DNA of 64,000 nucleotides from Candidatus Micrarchaeota archaeon (GCA_026414185.1 JAOAJL010000001.1:545-64544); one strand, 5' to 3'. Shown: positions 1 through 8,400, counted from the stretch's first letter. A program made the numbers and translations. The notes: generated by a model from the sequence alone, not told the origin.

Positions 1-181
1 CTTTCTCTTTTAGGTATTCCTTGGCTTCGGCTGCGACTTTTCCTATTGCTGTGGAGAGCCGCTGGGAAGAAGAATTGGCGTGCTGTTCGGATAGCGGCTG
101 CTTTGAGCCGAAGCTGCGGCTGATGGAGACAATCTCGCCTATCGCGTTGATTGATGGCGTGATTTGCTTTCTTCTTGCCAT
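1..181 (-). CDS. Hypothetical protein, 5' part only (gene runs off the window start)
   Basis: ATG at 181..179 on the minus strand opens a stop-free frame to position 1 (MARRKQITPSINAIGEIVSISRSFGSKQPLSEQHANSSSQRLSTAIGKVAAEAKEYLKEK...). It is absent from the ORF track because it is truncated. No family recognised. Confidence 0.35.
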   Translation of the reverse strand, partial: MARRKQITPSINAIGEIVSISRSFGSKQPLSEQHANSSSQRLSTAIGKVAAEAKEYLKEK

Positions 182-293
182 TCTCTCACCGCTTGCGGTT
201 TTATGAAAAATGAATAAAAAATAATCGCTTGCCGGTCGGTTTTGAGCATGCTCTTAAAACCGATTCTGCCCAATAGGTTGGGGGCGGTTTGCT

Positions 294-875
294 ATGCCGC
301 AAAGGAAGCGAGTAATCGTCATACATGGATGGGGAGGCGACCCGAACGGAGGATGGAAGCCGTGGCTCAGAAGGCAGCTTGAGGCGCGCGGCTTTGCTGT
401 GGAAATTCCGCAGATGCCGGATTCCGAAAATCCCAAGATGGGAAGGTGGTTGGAAACGCTTGGCAGGATTGTGAGAAAGCCGGGCATCGGCACGATACTG
501 GTCGGGCACTCGCTTGGGGCAGTCTGCATACTCCGCTACCTTGAAAGGCTGGGGGAAAGCGAGAAGATGGGCGGAGCGGTGCTTGTGGCTGGCTTGGCAG
601 AGGACACAGGCATACCCCAGCTGAAAAGCTTCTTTCCGCAAAAGTCCTACGACTGGGAGAGGATACGGAAGCACTGCGTAAAATTCATAACCATAAATTC
701 TGACGACGACTGCTACGTGCCGCTTTCGCACGGCAGGACTTTCCGCGACAAGCTCGGCGCAAAGCTCATCATCAAGAAAAGCCATGGGCACTTTTCGTCA
801 GCAGACGGCTTTGACCGGCTGCCTGTTGTGCTTGAAAGCGTATTGGAAATTGCAGGGGAGAAAGAGGGCGGCTGA
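294..875 (+). CDS. Alpha/beta-fold serine hydrolase (RBBP9/YdeN-like esterase family)
   Basis: 193 aa. VIVIHGWGG oxyanion region, GHSLG nucleophile elbow, later DDD and GHF as candidate Asp/His of the triad. Size is typical of the small Ser_hydrolase family. Confidence 0.75.
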   Translation: MPQRKRVIVIHGWGGDPNGGWKPWLRRQLEARGFAVEIPQMPDSENPKMGRWLETLGRIVRKPGIGTILVGHSLGAVCILRYLERLGESEKMGGAVLVAGLAEDTGIPQLKSFFPQKSYDWERIRKHCVKFITINSDDDCYVPLSHGRTFRDKLGAKLIIKKSHGHFSSADGFDRLPVVLESVLEIAGEKEGG

Positions 876-1004
876 ATGGCTGCTTGCTGGGAGAGAAAAT
901 CCGCTTAGGCGCTCTGCTGGCGGCACTCCGGCTTGCCAGTCTGCTTTTGGCATTGGGGGATGGTGGGCGGCGGGGTTTGGCATTAAGGGCGGCTTTTTTG
1001 CCGA

Positions 1005-1037
1005 TTGGCGCTAACCTTATAAACCCCTTGGCGCTAA
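1005..1037 (+). promoter_or_regulatory. Putative promoter of the L7Ae-S28e-L24e-ndk operon: TATA box flanked by a perfect 10-bp direct repeat
   Basis: TTATAAA at 1017..1023. TTGGCGCTAA occurs at 1005..1014 and again at 1028..1037. The predicted TSS near 1045-1050 leaves a ~60-nt leader before ATG 1108. Confidence 0.45.
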
Positions 1038-1063
1038 AAGCAGATGCGCTCTTTCTGTCAAGA

Positions 1064-1102
1064 GGGAGCCTGTGAATTCCGCAAATGCGCGGGATGAGGT
1101 GA
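1064..1102 (+). promoter_or_regulatory. Candidate K-turn hairpin in the L7Ae 5' leader, overlapping the Shine-Dalgarno
   Basis: 7-bp stem ATTCCGC(1076-1082)/GCGGGAT(1089-1095). Tandem G74.A97 and A75.G96. 3-nt bulge TGT (1071-1073). C-stem G68-C69-C70 pairs with G98-G99-T100, and GGTGA 1098-1102 is the SD for ATG 1108. Confidence 0.45.
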
Positions 1103-1107
1103 AAGGC

Positions 1108-1626
1108 ATGGCAAAGTCATATGTGAAGTTTGAAACGCCGAAGGACGTGCAGGCAAAGGCACTTGAGGCGATAACAGTTGCTGCCGACACTGGAAGAATC
1201 AGGAAGGGGGCGAATGAAACCACTAAGGCAGTGGAGGGTGGGAATGCGCTCCTTGTTGTGATAGCGGAGGATGTTGAGCCGGAGGAAGTGGTGATGCACA
1301 TACCCATGATTTGCACTGAGAAAAACGTCCCTTACTGCTATGTGCCTACGAAAAAGGAGCTTGGGGCGGCTGGCGGGCTTTCAGTGCCTTGCGCGGCAGT
1401 TGCGATTGAGAAGGCGGGCAATGCCGCGGAGCTTGTCAAGAGCATAGCGGAAAAGGTGGGCAAGGTTGCGCCCAAAAAGGAGGAGAAAAAGGAGGCGCCA
1501 GTTGCCGAGCAGAAGCAGGCTGAGGCAGCCGCAGAGGCGGAGCAGAAGCCTAAGAAGGAGAAAAAGCCGCGTGCGAAAAAGGAGAAGGCGGCAAAGCCGG
1601 ACAAGCCGGCTGAAAAGCAGGATTAG
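1108..1626 (+). CDS. rpl7ae: Ribosomal protein L7Ae (eL8) with a ~50-aa Lys/Glu/Ala-rich C-terminal extension
   Basis: [14 protein letters not shown]...[13 protein letters not shown]...[13 protein letters not shown] is the L7Ae/L30e fold signature. SD GGTGA lies 6 nt upstream of ATG 1108. First gene of the conserved archaeal L7Ae-S28e-L24e cluster. Confidence 0.9.
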   Translation: MAKSYVKFETPKDVQAKALEAITVAADTGRIRKGANETTKAVEGGNALLVVIAEDVEPEEVVMHIPMICTEKNVPYCYVPTKKELGAAGGLSVPCAAVAIEKAGNAAELVKSIAEKVGKVAPKKEEKKEAPVAEQKQAEAAAEAEQKPKKEKKPRAKKEKAAKPDKPAEKQD

Positions 1627-1635
1627 GGTGTTGCG

Positions 1636-1854
1636 ATGGCTGCGGCAGGACAGGAGGCAGTGGCGGTTGAAGTGGTTGAGGTCATTACAAAAACAGGGAT
1701 TCACGGCGAGGTCTATCAGATAATGTGCAAAGTGCTTGAAGGAAAGGACAAGGGCAGGGTGATCCGCAGGAACTGCAAAGGGCCGGTCAAGAAGGGCGAC
1801 ATTATGCTGTTGCTTGAAACTGAGAGGGAGGCAAAGGAAATCAAGGCAAAGTGA
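1636..1854 (+). CDS. rps28e: Ribosomal protein S28e
   Basis: 72 aa. [42 protein letters not shown] is the canonical eS28 pattern. Position after L7Ae fits. Confidence 0.9.
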   Translation: MAAAGQEAVAVEVVEVITKTGIHGEVYQIMCKVLEGKDKGRVIRRNCKGPVKKGDIMLLLETEREAKEIKAK

Positions 1855-1916
1855 CAGCCAAAGCAACGTGCGCTGGCAAAGGCGGGGCTGAAGTGGCTTT
1901 CTGATGTGGTGTTTGC

Positions 1917-2195
1917 ATGGCATTCTGTTCTTTCTGCAACAACGCAATACCGAAAGGGACTGGGGAGCTTTATGTCCTGCGCGACGGGACTGCGCTTAGC
2001 TTCTGCTCCTCCAAGTGCAAAAACAACTACGCGCTTGGAAGGGAAGGCAGGCTGCTCAGATGGACAAGCAAGCAGGCGGTGCTTACGACTGAAAAGAAGG
2101 CTGAGGAAAAGAAGGAGTCTGCGCTTGCCAAGGAGATAGAGGCAAAGCTAAAGGAGAAGGAGGAGGCAAAAAAGCAGCAGGAGCAGAAAAAGTAG
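1917..2195 (+). CDS. rpl24e: Ribosomal protein L24e with a Lys/Glu-rich tail
   Basis: MAFCSFCNNAIPKGTGELYVLRDGTALSFCSSKCKNNY is the zinc-ribbon-like eL24 N-terminus. Conserved cluster position. Confidence 0.9.
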   Translation: MAFCSFCNNAIPKGTGELYVLRDGTALSFCSSKCKNNYALGREGRLLRWTSKQAVLTTEKKAEEKKESALAKEIEAKLKEKEEAKKQQEQKK

Positions 2196-2226
2196 GGTGG
2201 CTTTGGCTGTGCCGGCAGGGATTTTG

Positions 2227-2643
2227 ATGGAAAGCACGCTTATCATACTCAAGCCGGACTGCGTGAAGGCAGGGCTGTGCGGCACCGTTCTTTCGCGTTT
2301 TGAAAAGGAAGGCTTCACAATCGCGGCGATGAAGATGGTGCGGCTTTCGCGGGCGCTGCTTGAAGAGCACTATTCCCACCTTTCAGGCAAGCCTTTCTTC
2401 CCCTCCTTGCTTGAGTTCATGTCCTCCACGCCCGTCATCGTGGCTGTGCTGAAGAGGGAAAACGCTGTTGAAAAGGCGCGCCAGATTTGCGGCAAGACCA
2501 ACCCTGCAGAAGCTGCCGAGGGGACGATAAGAAGGCAGTATGGAAGCTCGGTGCAGGCGAACATAATACATGCCTCGGACTCTCTGCAAAGCGCTGAGAG
2601 GGAGATAAGGCGCTTTTTCAAGCCAGAGGAGATATGCGCATGA
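2227..2643 (+). CDS. ndk: Nucleoside diphosphate kinase
   Basis: E.TLIILKPD, GF.I.A.K, YS.L..KPFF..L..FM.S.PV, GKTNP..A..GTIR, N.IHASDS (active-site His) motifs. The track ORF starts at GTG 2197; ATG 2227 (MESTLIILKPD) fits the family N-terminus better. Confidence 0.9.
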   Translation: MESTLIILKPDCVKAGLCGTVLSRFEKEGFTIAAMKMVRLSRALLEEHYSHLSGKPFFPSLLEFMSSTPVIVAVLKRENAVEKARQICGKTNPAEAAEGTIRRQYGSSVQANIIHASDSLQSAEREIRRFFKPEEICA

Positions 2644-3662
2644 AGCGCTCGGGTTTTCCCATGGCTTTCGGAAAGTTTGAAGGGTTCAAGCCTGCCGAGC
2701 TTGTTCTCTCGGCAGCCGCCCTTGTTGCCATCTTTCTTTTTCTGGATGCGAGAAGGCTTCTTTCAATAATAGCCGGGGCGGACATCTGGCTTTTTGCCGC
2801 CGCCTGTGCCGCGTATTTTTGCACCGTGCTGCTGATGACTTACCGCATACGCTATGTTCTTGGCAGGATGCACGAAAAAATAGGGTATGTGGAGTCCTTC
2901 AAGGCAAACTGGGGAGGGCTTCTTGCCTCCGACTTCACGCCTGCAAGGACGGGCTATTTTGTCACCCCGCTTCTTTTGCGCACAAACGCCGGCATACCGC
3001 TTGAAAAGGGCATGGCAACCGTGGTGATTCCGCAGATACCGGAGTTTTTCTTCAAGGCGGTTGGAGCCTCGGCGGGAATTCTGCTTCTTTTGGCTTCCGC
3101 CCCGAACCTGCAGAATGGCTCGGATTTCCTGTGGCTCGGCGTTTTGGTGATGCTTTTTTTCTGCGTTGCGATGTGGATTGTCCTTTTTGTGCCAAGGGCA
3201 GTGGAAATCGCCAGGGGCTTTGGCTTTCTTCCCCTTGTGCGGGAAATCTGCGATTTTGTTTCGCAAATCCAGGCAAACCGCATGAAGGTGAAGGAGGCTT
3301 TCCCGCGGGTGGTGCTCATATCGGTTGCGATTTTCATTCTGAAAGGAATTGAGTGGTATCTTTTCGGCGCATCCCTTGGTATAGAATTCTCAAGCGTTGC
3401 GCTTCCGCCGATTGTGATTTTCATGGTGCTCCAGCCGCTTGTCACCATCTTCCAGTTCGCGCCCTTCCCAACTGCCGCGGGGCTGGGCTTGGCGGAAGGA
3501 AGCGCGGCTGTGGCTATGGCGCTGCTTGGCATCCCTGCCGAGCTTGCTGTCGCCTACGCCCTGCTTATTAGGGGCGGAACCGTCCTTGTAAATGCCGGTG
3601 GGATATTCCAGCTTGTCCCCTACATCTTGAGAAGAAAGAAAAGGAAGGAAGAGGTGCCTTGA
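2634..3662 (+). CDS. Polytopic membrane protein, UPF0104 / lysyl-PG-synthase-TM (flippase-like) type
   Basis: 342 aa with about 8 hydrophobic helices and a basic C-terminal tail. The start overlaps the ndk stop (ATGA at 2640-2643). The family call is from general architecture only. Confidence 0.5.
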   Translation: MRMKRSGFPMAFGKFEGFKPAELVLSAAALVAIFLFLDARRLLSIIAGADIWLFAAACAAYFCTVLLMTYRIRYVLGRMHEKIGYVESFKANWGGLLASDFTPARTGYFVTPLLLRTNAGIPLEKGMATVVIPQIPEFFFKAVGASAGILLLLASAPNLQNGSDFLWLGVLVMLFFCVAMWIVLFVPRAVEIARGFGFLPLVREICDFVSQIQANRMKVKEAFPRVVLISVAIFILKGIEWYLFGASLGIEFSSVALPPIVIFMVLQPLVTIFQFAPFPTAAGLGLAEGSAAVAMALLGIPAELAVAYALLIRGGTVLVNAGGIFQLVPYILRRKKRKEEVP

Positions 3663-3668
3663 CGCCCC

Positions 3669-5483
3669 CTACTCTTCCTTTTTCTTGCCAAACAGAAGAA
3701 ACGCGGCTGCCGCAAGCAGAAGCAACCCCACAACCAGGAAGACTGCGAGAGGCACCCCTTCTTCAATCTTTGGCTGGGTGGCTGGCGGCTGGACTTGCTG
3801 GTTTGGCTTTGGAGCCCCTCCGCTCGGGGGCTGGGCTGGCGGCGGGCTGACCGTCTTTGTTGGCGGCTCTTTGAGCTCTATTGTTATGTTTTTGGTTATA
3901 TTTACGCTGGTGGGGGTGCAAGGCGGAACGTAGAAGTTGGCGTTTCTCTGCTCTGTGCCGACGCTTACGCGAAGCTCATAGTCCCCGCTTTTCTCAAGAG
4001 GGATGGCAACCTCAACGTTGTTGCTTACCGTGGATGAGAAGACTTTGCTTGTCTGCGTGCCGAGATGGAAAATTTCCGCCAGCGCTGTTGAGCCCTGCTT
4101 GAAGATTTTCACTTTCAGTGTTGCGGGAGCACCTGCGCATGTGTAGCTTAGCGTTGAGGAAGAGGCGAATGAGCCGCCGCCGGTTGTCCCGCTTCCGCCG
4201 CCTCCTCCTCCGCCTCCCCCTCCGGGCGAGCCCTGCGACAGTACATTGACTTGGGCGGTTGCGGAAAGCTCTTTTGCTGGCAAGGGCGAAACAAGCTCTG
4301 CCTTTACGGCACCTGTCCCTGCCTTTGTTGCGCTGAACCTGCCTTCGGAGTCAACCTCCCCTATTCCGCCGCTTGCGCTCCAGGAGAATTCTGAGCCTTG
4401 GATTGCGTTTCCGTACTTGTCATAGGCAAACGCTTGGAACCTCTGGCTGTCGCCCACATACAGCGAAACTGATGTTGGCAGGATTGAGACCGACGCAGGC
4501 TCTCCAGGCACTACCTGAACGTAAGTTGTGCAGGAAAGCAGCGAAGAGGCTGGGTTTGGATTGGGCGTGGCATCATAGGCGGTTATTAGGACGCTGCGTG
4601 CGATTGTCCCTGCTGTGTATGTTGCCGCGCGCTCATCAGCAGAGGGCAGGGGGTCAGGGATTATTGTGCCCTCGGTTGCGGACCAGCCCATCGCCGGGCA
4701 TTCTATCTCTATTCCTTCTGCCTTTGCGGAGCGCGGGTCTTCTTGATAGCACTTGACTGAAAGGCGAAGGGTGGATGAAACTTTAACCTGCGCGCCCTGT
4801 GGAGAAATGACGCAGTAGGTGCCTGCTGACTTTGGAACGACTGACACTCTTGCGCTTCCGAATACCTCGCTACTTGCAGGCGTTGCGGAGTAAACCGCAA
4901 TCACTCTTCCTTCGCCTTTGGCTGAGGCGCTGAAAAGCCCTGTCTGAGAAACCTCGCCTATTGCGTATTCGCTCTCAATAGACCATGAAAACTGCTGGGC
5001 TAAAAAGGAGTTTGCTATCTCGTTTCCGTACTTGTCAAAAAGCCGCGCGAAAAACTGCTGTGTTGAGCCGACAGGAACCTTGGCGGATTCGGGAGTCACT
5101 GAGAGCCTGCTTGGGGCGCCAGGCAGCACCGTCACAGGGATGCTGCATGAAAATTGCGGGTCTGATGAGGGAGACGAAGTGGCGGTTATTGTGCCTGTGC
5201 CGGCAGTTGTGCCCGCAAGGAAAACAAGCGGGTCTGATGAAAATGAGATTGAGCCTATGGTTGAGGACCAGCTCATCTGCGGGCAAGTGACCTCCTTGCC
5301 CAACCCGTCGCGGCAGGAAACATAAACCGGCTTTTGCCCGTCCACGGCGATGGCGATGGACGAGGGAGTTATTGTGCAGGAAGAGGGTATCCCACTTGCC
5401 TGCCATCCAACCGGAGTTATGGATGCGCTTGAAAGCGCAACCAGAAGCGCAAAAAGCGCAAACTGCTTTATCATAGGCAACAC
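3669..5483 (-). CDS. Secreted, C-terminally anchored surface protein: two 4-Cys CPQM modules, two Big_2-like Ig domains, a poly-Gly linker, a conserved stalk module and a TM anchor
   Basis: Signal peptide MLPMIKQFALFALLVALSSAS. Big_2-like segments (VTVLPGAPSRLSVTPESAKVPVGSTQQF...). A run of 10 Gly. C-terminal PLAVFLVVGLLLLAAAAFLLF + GKKKEE. Paralogous to the upstream 894-aa protein. Confidence 0.7.
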   Translation of the reverse strand: MLPMIKQFALFALLVALSSASITPVGWQASGIPSSCTITPSSIAIAVDGQKPVYVSCRDGLGKEVTCPQMSWSSTIGSISFSSDPLVFLAGTTAGTGTITATSSPSSDPQFSCSIPVTVLPGAPSRLSVTPESAKVPVGSTQQFFARLFDKYGNEIANSFLAQQFSWSIESEYAIGEVSQTGLFSASAKGEGRVIAVYSATPASSEVFGSARVSVVPKSAGTYCVISPQGAQVKVSSTLRLSVKCYQEDPRSAKAEGIEIECPAMGWSATEGTIIPDPLPSADERAATYTAGTIARSVLITAYDATPNPNPASSLLSCTTYVQVVPGEPASVSILPTSVSLYVGDSQRFQAFAYDKYGNAIQGSEFSWSASGGIGEVDSEGRFSATKAGTGAVKAELVSPLPAKELSATAQVNVLSQGSPGGGGGGGGGGSGTTGGGSFASSSTLSYTCAGAPATLKVKIFKQGSTALAEIFHLGTQTSKVFSSTVSNNVEVAIPLEKSGDYELRVSVGTEQRNANFYVPPCTPTSVNITKNITIELKEPPTKTVSPPPAQPPSGGAPKPNQQVQPPATQPKIEEGVPLAVFLVVGLLLLAAAAFLLFGKKKEE

Positions 5484-5584
5484 CCCGTATTTGTTTGGGT
5501 TTGCCCATTTATAATACTCACTTTTTTGTGCGGTCGCTTTGCCTGCGCCGCACCTTGCGCATTTGCGATGCCTTTGCGCTTTTG

Positions 5585-8269
5585 CTATTCAGACTTTCTT
5601 TTCCTGGAAAAGACAAATGCGTATATCAGGAAGGCAAGTATCAGCCCAAGCAGCAAGACAAGGACGAGCCAGGCAGAAAGGCTTATGCCGGCAAAGCTTA
5701 TGGATGCGGTAAGCAGGTCTTTGCTTTGCTCTTGCGAAGCCTGTGCAAGCGCCAGGCGCTCTTCAGTAGTTATCAGGCGGGGCGCTTCAAACTTCTCAAT
5801 CATCGCCTCTGTCAGCATCCTGCTTATGGAGTACTTGAACTGCGCCTTCCCCCCTGCAGGGATGGCTTTGACATTCCACTCAAAGCGGGGAGCCTGCCCA
5901 TAGGTAATTGAGCTTGGCTGAGTTTCAAAGAATATCTGGCTTGCGGAAGCCACCACGCCGGATGGGACCGAGTCCATTATCAGCGCTTCTTGCAAGGCGT
6001 TTCCTGAATTTGTGTAAGTCATTGTTATTTGGCTCTCATAGTCGGTTGCCGTGGCGTCTCGGCTTATCTTGTAGACCTCAAAAAGCTTGGAAAAGCCGCC
6101 TGCGTATCTGACCGTTTTTGAGAGGACAAGCTCGCGCTGCGGGGCAAGGCGCACTGTAACGCTCTGCGTGACGTTTGCCGTCTGAGGAGTGCAGGGAGGA
6201 ACGTAAAAGCTTGTGGTGGTCTGGTCAGTGCCCAGAGAAACGCGGATTTCGTAGTTGCCTGCCTTTTGGGGAGTGAATGAAAGCGCGGTTGTGGTGCTTA
6301 CCTTCTGGGAGAAGGCAAGCGAGGTTCTCTCCTGCCCGAGGTGATATATCGCAACTGTCGCCTCTGGGGCTGCCGAGTCGTAGTAGGTTATCGCGACGCT
6401 TGCCGGCTGGCCCTCGCAGGTGAAGCCGACTTTTGTTGAGGTCCTGAAGGACCCTCCTCCGTTGTTAGAGCCTGTGCCTATTAGCGCCCCGCCTCCGCCG
6501 CCTGTAGAAGGCGGAAGGGAGCTGACAGAAACTATCGCGGTTGCAAAAATCGGAAGACCAGGAGTGTTTGCGCGGTAGTCGGCGCGCACGGTGGTGGTGC
6601 CCACGCCAACCGCCGTGAAAAGACCGTCTGCATCTATTCTTCCGACGGTGTTGTTGACGCTCCAGTTGACTTCTGATGCCGCCAGGTCGCGTATGAAATT
6701 TCCATTCGCATCATAAGCCTTTGCGACAAACTGCTGCGTCTGCCCTGTGTAAAGTGCTGCGGAAGGGGGAAAAAGCCTCATTTGGGCTATGCCGCCTGTT
6801 GCCGCAACCACCGTCACCTCAGAAGAGCAGCGGAAAGGAAGGGCGGGGGACTGCTTTGGGAATGCCGCCACCTCCCCTCTGCCAGGGCTTGAAGGAGAGC
6901 TGAAAACTGCTGTCTGGGAGGAAGAAGGCGAGATTGAGCCTATGGTTGCGGACCAGCCCATCTGCGGGCATGGAATTTCCTCGTCTTGCTGGGACGAGAA
7001 GCAACTGACCCTGAATGTGTGCTCCTGGTTTATCCCTATTGAAAGCGATGCCGGGGAAAGCTCGCACCTTTCAGCAATCAGGGGGGTTGAGGAAACTGAA
7101 ACGTCTGCCTCGCAGGAGAACGAATCGGAAAACTTGCCTGGTGAAGAGGACTTAGTGGAAGAGGTGGCTGTCACCTTCCCGCTTCCCGCGGTGCTTGAAA
7201 TGAAATCTGCAGAGTGCGTGTCGTCGGAAACTGAGAGAGTTCCGATTGTTGAGGACCAGCTCATCTGCGGGCAGGCAAGCTCGTCCTGCTCTTCATTGAA
7301 GCACGAAACAAAGAATGTGGCTTGCTGGTTTGTTCCAACTGCTATCGCACGCGGCGTTATCTTGCAGCCTGAAGGTACTGCTGGGGCTGAAACTGAGATT
7401 TGGGCAAGGCAAGAAAAGTCTGAAGGACCGGAAAGCGCAAACGCGGAAATCGCTCCGCTGCCAGCAGAACTTCCAGCGCTGAAAAGCGCTGTGGTGTTGT
7501 TTGAGAGGACAGAGCCGATTGTTGAGGACCAGCCCATCTGCGGGCAGGCAAGCTCAATTGCTCCGTTGTGGCAGCTGACGCTGAAAAGCTGCTGCTGGCC
7601 CGCCCCTATTGAAAGCGAGGAGGGTGAAATAAAGCAGGCGTTGGGATAGGCAGGCTCCCATTCCTGAAAGACATTTACTGAGGCAAAGCAGTTGAAAAGG
7701 ATGTTGTCGTTGCCGACGCCTGAGGCAGTGATTGTTCCGCTTGCTGGCATGGAGCTTGCGGTGTATGTCGCAGAGGAGCTGCCGCCGCTTATCGTTCCTA
7801 CAGTAGCACTCCATAGAATTTGCGGGCAGGGAACCTCCTCCTGCAAGCTGAAGCAGGAAATTGAAATCTCAGCCTGCGTGCTTGTGGGGATGGAAATGGA
7901 GCTTGGCTGGAGGGCGCAGTAAATCTGCGAGGAAGGGTGCCTCTGCGTCTTGCCATCTTGGGAGGATGCCGCGGGCTTTTGGGAGTGGATTTTTTCGTCT
8001 TTTGAAACGCCACCTGCCAAACCAGAGGACGGCTGCTGGGGCTTTTGAGCGGGCTTTTCAGCAGTTCCTGTGGAGTCGGCTGATGGGGTTTTGGCATATG
8101 TATAGGCGGGCTGTTGCGCCCTGTCGGCAGAGTCCCCAAAAGAGGCAGGCTTGGTTAGGGAATAACTTGCTTGGGATTCGGCGGCTGCTGCTTGCGCAAG
8201 CAGCAGCGCAACTATCAAGATAACAGCTGACTTGAGCATGGTTGACACCCCCCTTGCCAAATACGACAT
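5585..8269 (-). CDS. Large secreted, C-terminally anchored surface protein: four tandem 4-Cys CPQM modules, a Big_2-like domain, a Gly linker, a conserved stalk module, an extra beta domain and a TM anchor
   Basis: Signal peptide (MLKSAVILIVALLLAQAAAAES). Repeats carry ACPQMGWSSTIG, ACPQMSWSSTIG, PCPQMGWSATIG and PCPQILWSATVG. The FYVPPCTP stalk module is shared with the 604-aa neighbour. C-terminal TM + SRKRKSE. Confidence 0.7.
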   Translation of the reverse strand: MSYLARGVSTMLKSAVILIVALLLAQAAAAESQASYSLTKPASFGDSADRAQQPAYTYAKTPSADSTGTAEKPAQKPQQPSSGLAGGVSKDEKIHSQKPAASSQDGKTQRHPSSQIYCALQPSSISIPTSTQAEISISCFSLQEEVPCPQILWSATVGTISGGSSSATYTASSMPASGTITASGVGNDNILFNCFASVNVFQEWEPAYPNACFISPSSLSIGAGQQQLFSVSCHNGAIELACPQMGWSSTIGSVLSNNTTALFSAGSSAGSGAISAFALSGPSDFSCLAQISVSAPAVPSGCKITPRAIAVGTNQQATFFVSCFNEEQDELACPQMSWSSTIGTLSVSDDTHSADFISSTAGSGKVTATSSTKSSSPGKFSDSFSCEADVSVSSTPLIAERCELSPASLSIGINQEHTFRVSCFSSQQDEEIPCPQMGWSATIGSISPSSSQTAVFSSPSSPGRGEVAAFPKQSPALPFRCSSEVTVVAATGGIAQMRLFPPSAALYTGQTQQFVAKAYDANGNFIRDLAASEVNWSVNNTVGRIDADGLFTAVGVGTTTVRADYRANTPGLPIFATAIVSVSSLPPSTGGGGGALIGTGSNNGGGSFRTSTKVGFTCEGQPASVAITYYDSAAPEATVAIYHLGQERTSLAFSQKVSTTTALSFTPQKAGNYEIRVSLGTDQTTTSFYVPPCTPQTANVTQSVTVRLAPQRELVLSKTVRYAGGFSKLFEVYKISRDATATDYESQITMTYTNSGNALQEALIMDSVPSGVVASASQIFFETQPSSITYGQAPRFEWNVKAIPAGGKAQFKYSISRMLTEAMIEKFEAPRLITTEERLALAQASQEQSKDLLTASISFAGISLSAWLVLVLLLGLILAFLIYAFVFSRKRKSE
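6800..7918 (-). repeat. Four tandem ~90-100-aa coding repeats (4-Cys Ig-like module) inside the 894-aa surface protein gene
   Basis: Cys quartets at aa 118/139/148/194, 212/233/242/287, 302/323/333/386 and 402/423/434/481. The nucleotide core GAGGACCAGC(C/T)CATCTGCGGGCA recurs on the plus strand near 6943, 7243 and 7523, and in the neighbour gene near 5263 and 4681. Confidence 0.7.
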
Positions 8270-8400
8270 CTCCTTTCTCCTTTTAACACACTCTCTTTAA
8301 ATAACTTTTGTTTCCACCAGGAAACACAATTATCTGCGGCGTGCCTGATGAAAAGCCAGGAGTGCGCGGCGGGCTGCCTTAAGGAATGGTCGGTCTGCCC

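Noticed and set aside
201-791. 196-aa minus-strand ORF antisense to the alpha/beta hydrolase gene
   Set aside because: No motif and biased composition. The plus strand encodes GHSLG with complete catalytic-triad candidates.
4170-4230. Gly-run coding tract as a slipped-strand phase-variation site
   Set aside because: The Gly codons are mixed (plus strand reads CCGCCGCCTCCTCCTCCGCCTCCCCCTCC), so there is no long homopolymer or perfect short tandem repeat. It is more likely a flexible linker.
6789-7649. 286-aa plus-strand ORF with its own striking repeat (EP(M/I)VEDQ(P/L)ICGQ...)
   Set aside because: The repeat is simply the reverse-complement reading of the CPQM-W-S-S-T-I-G coding repeats of the minus-strand 894-aa gene. 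The minus-strand product has a signal peptide, Ig-like domains and an anchor, whereas the plus-strand product has none.
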